This document shows, piece by piece, positions 17,301-21,000 of a stretch of 21,000 bases of DNA. Source of the stretch: Eledone cirrhosa (lineage: Eukaryota); contig CAXHJY010000041.1 in the NCBI GenBank assembly GCA_964016885.1, forward strand, positions 1 to 21,000, written 5' to 3'. A program made the position numbers and the translations under genes. A model generated the notes under the pieces. That model searched no databases. It was not told the origin of the DNA and worked only from the letters and a program-made list of their open reading frames with translations. Position 1 is the stretch's first letter; every line of letters begins with the position of its first letter.

Positions 17301-20300
17301 ACTACCACTAACAACACCACTACCACTAACACCATCACTACCACTAACAACACCACCACCACTAACACCACCACCACCACTAACAACACCACTACCACTA
17401 ACAACACCACCACCACTAACAACACCACTACCACTAACAACACCACTACCACTAACACCACCACTACCACTAACAACACCACTACCACTAACAACACCAC
17501 CACCACTAACAACACCACTACCACTAACAACACCACCACCACTAACAACACCACTACCACTAACTACACCACCACCACTAACACCACCACTACCACTAAC
17601 AACACCACTACCACTAACAACACCACTACCACTAACAACACCACCACCACTAACAACACCACCACCACTAACAACACCACCACCACTAACACCACCACTA
17701 CCACTAACAACACCACTACCAACACCACCACCACTAACAACACCACTACCACTAACAACACCACTACAACTAACAACACCACCACCACTAACAACACCAC
17801 TACCACTAACACCACCACCACCACTAACAACACCACTACCACTAACAACACCACTACCACTAACAACACCACCACCACTAACACCACCACTACCACTGAC
17901 ACCACCACCACCACTCACACCACCACTACCACTAACAACACCACTACCACTAACACCACCACCACCATTAACAACACCACTACCACTAACAACACCACTA
18001 CCACTAACACCACCACCACCATTAACACCACCACTACCACTAACAACACCACTACCACTAACAACACCACCACCACTAACACCACCACTACCACTAACAA
18101 CACCACTACCACTAACAACACCACCACCACTAACAACACCACTACCACTAACAACACCACTACCACTAACAACACCACCACCACTAACACCACCACTACC
18201 ACTAACACCACCACCACCACCACCATTAACAACACCACTACCACTAACAATACCACTACCACTAACACCACCACCACCATTAACACCACCACTACCACTA
18301 ACAACACCACCACCACTAACACCACCACTACCACTAACAACACCACTACCACTAACACCACCACCACCACTAACAATACCACTACCACTAACAACACCAC
18401 TACCACTAACACCACCACCACCACTAACAACACCACTACCACTAACACCACCACCACCACTAACAACACCACTACCACTAACACCACCACCACCACTAAC
18501 AACACCACTACCACTAACAACACCACCACCACTAACACCACCACCACCACTAACAACACCACTACCACTAACAACACCACTACCACTAACAACACCACTA
18601 CCACTAACACCACCACCACCACTAACAACACCACTACCACTAACAACACCACTACCACTAACAACACCACTACCACTAACACCACCACCACCACTAACAA
18701 CACCACTACCACTAACAACACCACTACCACTAACACCACCACTACCACTAACACCACCACTACCACTAACAACACCACCACCAGTAACACCACCACTACC
18801 ACTAACAGCACCACCACCACTAACACCACCACTACCACTAACAACACCACTACCACTAACAACACCACCACCACTAACAACACCACTACCACTAACAACA
18901 CCACCACCACTAACAACACCACCGCCACTAACACCACCACTACCACTAACACCACCACTACCACTAACAACACCACCACCAGTAACACCACCACTACCAC
19001 TAACAACACCACTACCACTAACAACACCACCACCACTAACAACACCACTACCACTAACAACACCACCACCACTAACAACACCACTACCACTAACACCACC
19101 ACCACCACTAACAATACCACTACCACTAACAACACCACTACCACTAACAACACCACTACCACTAACACCACCACCACCACTAACAACACCACTACCACTA
19201 ACACCAACACTAACAACACCACTACCACTAACAACACCACTACCACTAACACCACCACCACCACCACTAACAGCACCACCACCACCACCACTAACAGCAC
19301 CACCACCACTAACAACACCACCACCACTAACAACACCACTACCACTAACAACACCACTACAACTAACAACACCACCACCACTAACAACACCACTACCACT
19401 AACAACACCACTACCACTAACAACACCACTACCACTAACAACACCACCACCACTAACAACACCACTACCACTAACAACACCACTACCACTAACAACACCA
19501 CTACCACAATCACCAACACCACTACCACTAACAACACCACTACCACCAACAACACCACTACCAGAGTCACCAACACCACTACCACTAACAACACCACTAC
19601 CACTAACACCACCACTACCACTAACAACACCACTACCACTAACAACACCACCACCACTAACAACACCACCACCACTAACAACACCACCACCACTAACACC
19701 ACCACCACCACTAACAACACCACTACCACTAACAACACCACCACCACTAACAACACCACTACCACTAACAACACCACTACCACTAACACCACCACTACCA
19801 CTAACAACACCACCACCACTAACACCACCACCACCACTAACAACACCACTACCACTAACAACACCACCACCACTACCAACACCACTACCACTAACAACAC
19901 CACCACCACTAACACCACCACTACCACTAACAACACCACTACCACTAACAACACCACTACCACTAACAACACCACCACCACTAACAACACCACCACCACT
20001 AACAACACCACTACCACTAACAACACCACTACCACTAACAACACCACTACCACTAACACCACCACCACCACTAACAACACCACTACCACTAACAACACCA
20101 CCACCACTAACAACACCACTACCACTAACAACACCACTACCACTAACAACACCACTACCACTAACAACACCACCACCACTAACAACACCACTACCACTAA
20201 CAACACCACTACCACTAACAACACCACCACCACTAACAACACCACTACCACTAACACCACCACCACCACTAACAATACCACTACCACTAACAACACCACT

Positions 20301-21000
20301 ACCACTAACAACACCACTACCACTAACACCACCACCACCACTAACAACACCACTACCACTAACACCACCACTAACAACACCACTACCACTAACACCACCA
20401 CCACCAATAACAACACCACCACCACTAACAACACCACTACCACTAACAACACCACTACCACTAACACCACCACCACCACTAACAACACCACTACCACTAA
20501 CACCACCACCACCACTAACAACACCACTACCTCTAACACCACCACCACCACTAACAACACCACTACCACTAACAACACCACCACCACTAACAACACCACT
20601 ACCACTAACAACACCACTACCACTAACAACACCACTACCACTAACAGCACCACCACCACTAACACCACCACTACCACTACAACACCACTACCACTAACAA
20701 CACCACCACCACTAACAACACCACTACCACTAACAACACCACCACCACTAACAACACCAACGCCACTAACACCACCACTACCACTAACACCACCACTACC
20801 ACTAACAACACCACCACCAGTAACACCACCACTACCACTAACAACACCACTACCACTAACAACACCACCACCACTAACAACACCACTACCACTAACAACA
20901 CCACCACCACTAACAACACCTCTACCACTAACAACACCACCACCACTAACACCACCACTACCACTAACACCACCACTACCACTAACAACACCACCACCAC
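12393..21000 (+). other. Stop-free frame with no ATG, open to the window end; includes ~7.2 kb (~13455-20678) of uninterrupted Thr/Asn repeat; coding status unproven
   Basis: It follows TAA 12390-12392. ACC/ACT/AAC codons stay in one register from ~13455 to ~20678. No start codon, splice site or non-repetitive domain is visible. Confidence 0.15.
17300..19570. repeat. Third, partial copy of the block at ~8500-10620 / ~14050-16180 (offset ~3.2-3.4 kb from the second copy)
   Basis: The same ordered markers appear: AACTAC (~17564), CTGAC (~17898), ACTCAC (17915), CCAGT x2 (~18784, ~18982), CCGCC (18924), paired AACAGC (~19273/19297), TACAACT (~19360). Boundaries are approximate. Confidence 0.85.

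Larger units (their letters stand above)
1..21000. repeat. Tandem minisatellite/satellite array with an 18-bp consensus unit ACTAACA(A/C)CACCAC(T/C)ACC, running off both ends of the window
   Basis: The anchor CACTAAC recurs about every 18 bp from the first line to the last. Four main unit types arise from two dimorphic positions (AAC/ACC and ACT/ACC). Length variants differ mostly by multiples of 3 bp. No unique sequence occurs anywhere. Confidence 0.99.

Noticed and set aside
8063-17918. Minus-strand (SGGGVV)n ORFs as glycine-rich structural, silk-like or ice-binding proteins
   Set aside because: They are the exact antisense of the ACC/ACT/AAC register. There is no signal peptide, non-repetitive domain or credible start. 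The common dimorphisms are non-synonymous in this frame (AGT/GGT, GTT/GGT).
2572-21000. Minus-strand poly-Val/Leu ORFs (e.g. 2012 aa, 1012 aa, 920 aa) as membrane proteins
   Set aside because: They are translations of the GTG/TTG/TTA register of the repeat, which is stop-poor by composition. Starts are arbitrary codons inside the array, and ends coincide with point variants or indels. Hundreds of uninterrupted V/L residues are not a plausible protein.
1-21000. CRISPR array or other repeat-spacer system
   Set aside because: There are no unique spacers. The sequence between anchors is limited to a few triplet combinations, and no cas-like or other genes are present.
1-21000. Canonical telomerase-synthesised telomere
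   Set aside because: The G/T strand bias and TTAGTGG motif are suggestive, but the unit matches no telomere repeat I recognise. Kilobase-scale copying of rare variants indicates recombination or duplication, not templated addition.
1-21000. The two dimorphic positions per unit as an information-bearing binary code or a diversity-generating cassette system
   Set aside because: The order of unit types is explained by local slippage and block duplication. No recombinase, reverse transcriptase, inverted repeats or expression site is visible.
1-21000. Pure sequencing artefact or simulated low-complexity sequence
   Set aside because: Ordered rare variants recurring at several nested offsets, with small differences between copies, fit a real evolving array better. 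Local misassembly of copy number remains possible.

Overview
All 21 kb is one uninterrupted low-complexity tandem array of roughly 1,150-1,200 units. The consensus unit is 18 bp, ACT AAC A(A/C)C ACC AC(T/C) ACC, built almost entirely from the triplets ACC, ACT and AAC. Nearly every third base is A, G is almost absent from the + strand, and no unique flanking sequence is present. I found no recognisable gene, RNA gene, mobile element or CRISPR array. The Val/Leu and Gly/Ser/Val ORFs in the supplied track are by-products of the repeat. Rare variant bases reveal nested higher-order structure: a ~3.8 kb tandem duplication, a ~5.5 kb tandem duplication with a third partial copy, a four-copy sub-block, and local 72/90 bp periodicity. 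About 12 frame-breaking indels occur, most of them shared between copies. The ORF track misses two ATG-less, stop-free + strand registers, (TTNNTT)n and (PLTTP[L/P])n, both mucin-like. The best-supported reading is a triplet-derived minisatellite/satellite array, probably eukaryotic. A giant mucin-type repeat exon cannot be excluded from this window alone. I see no supportable novel multi-gene system.
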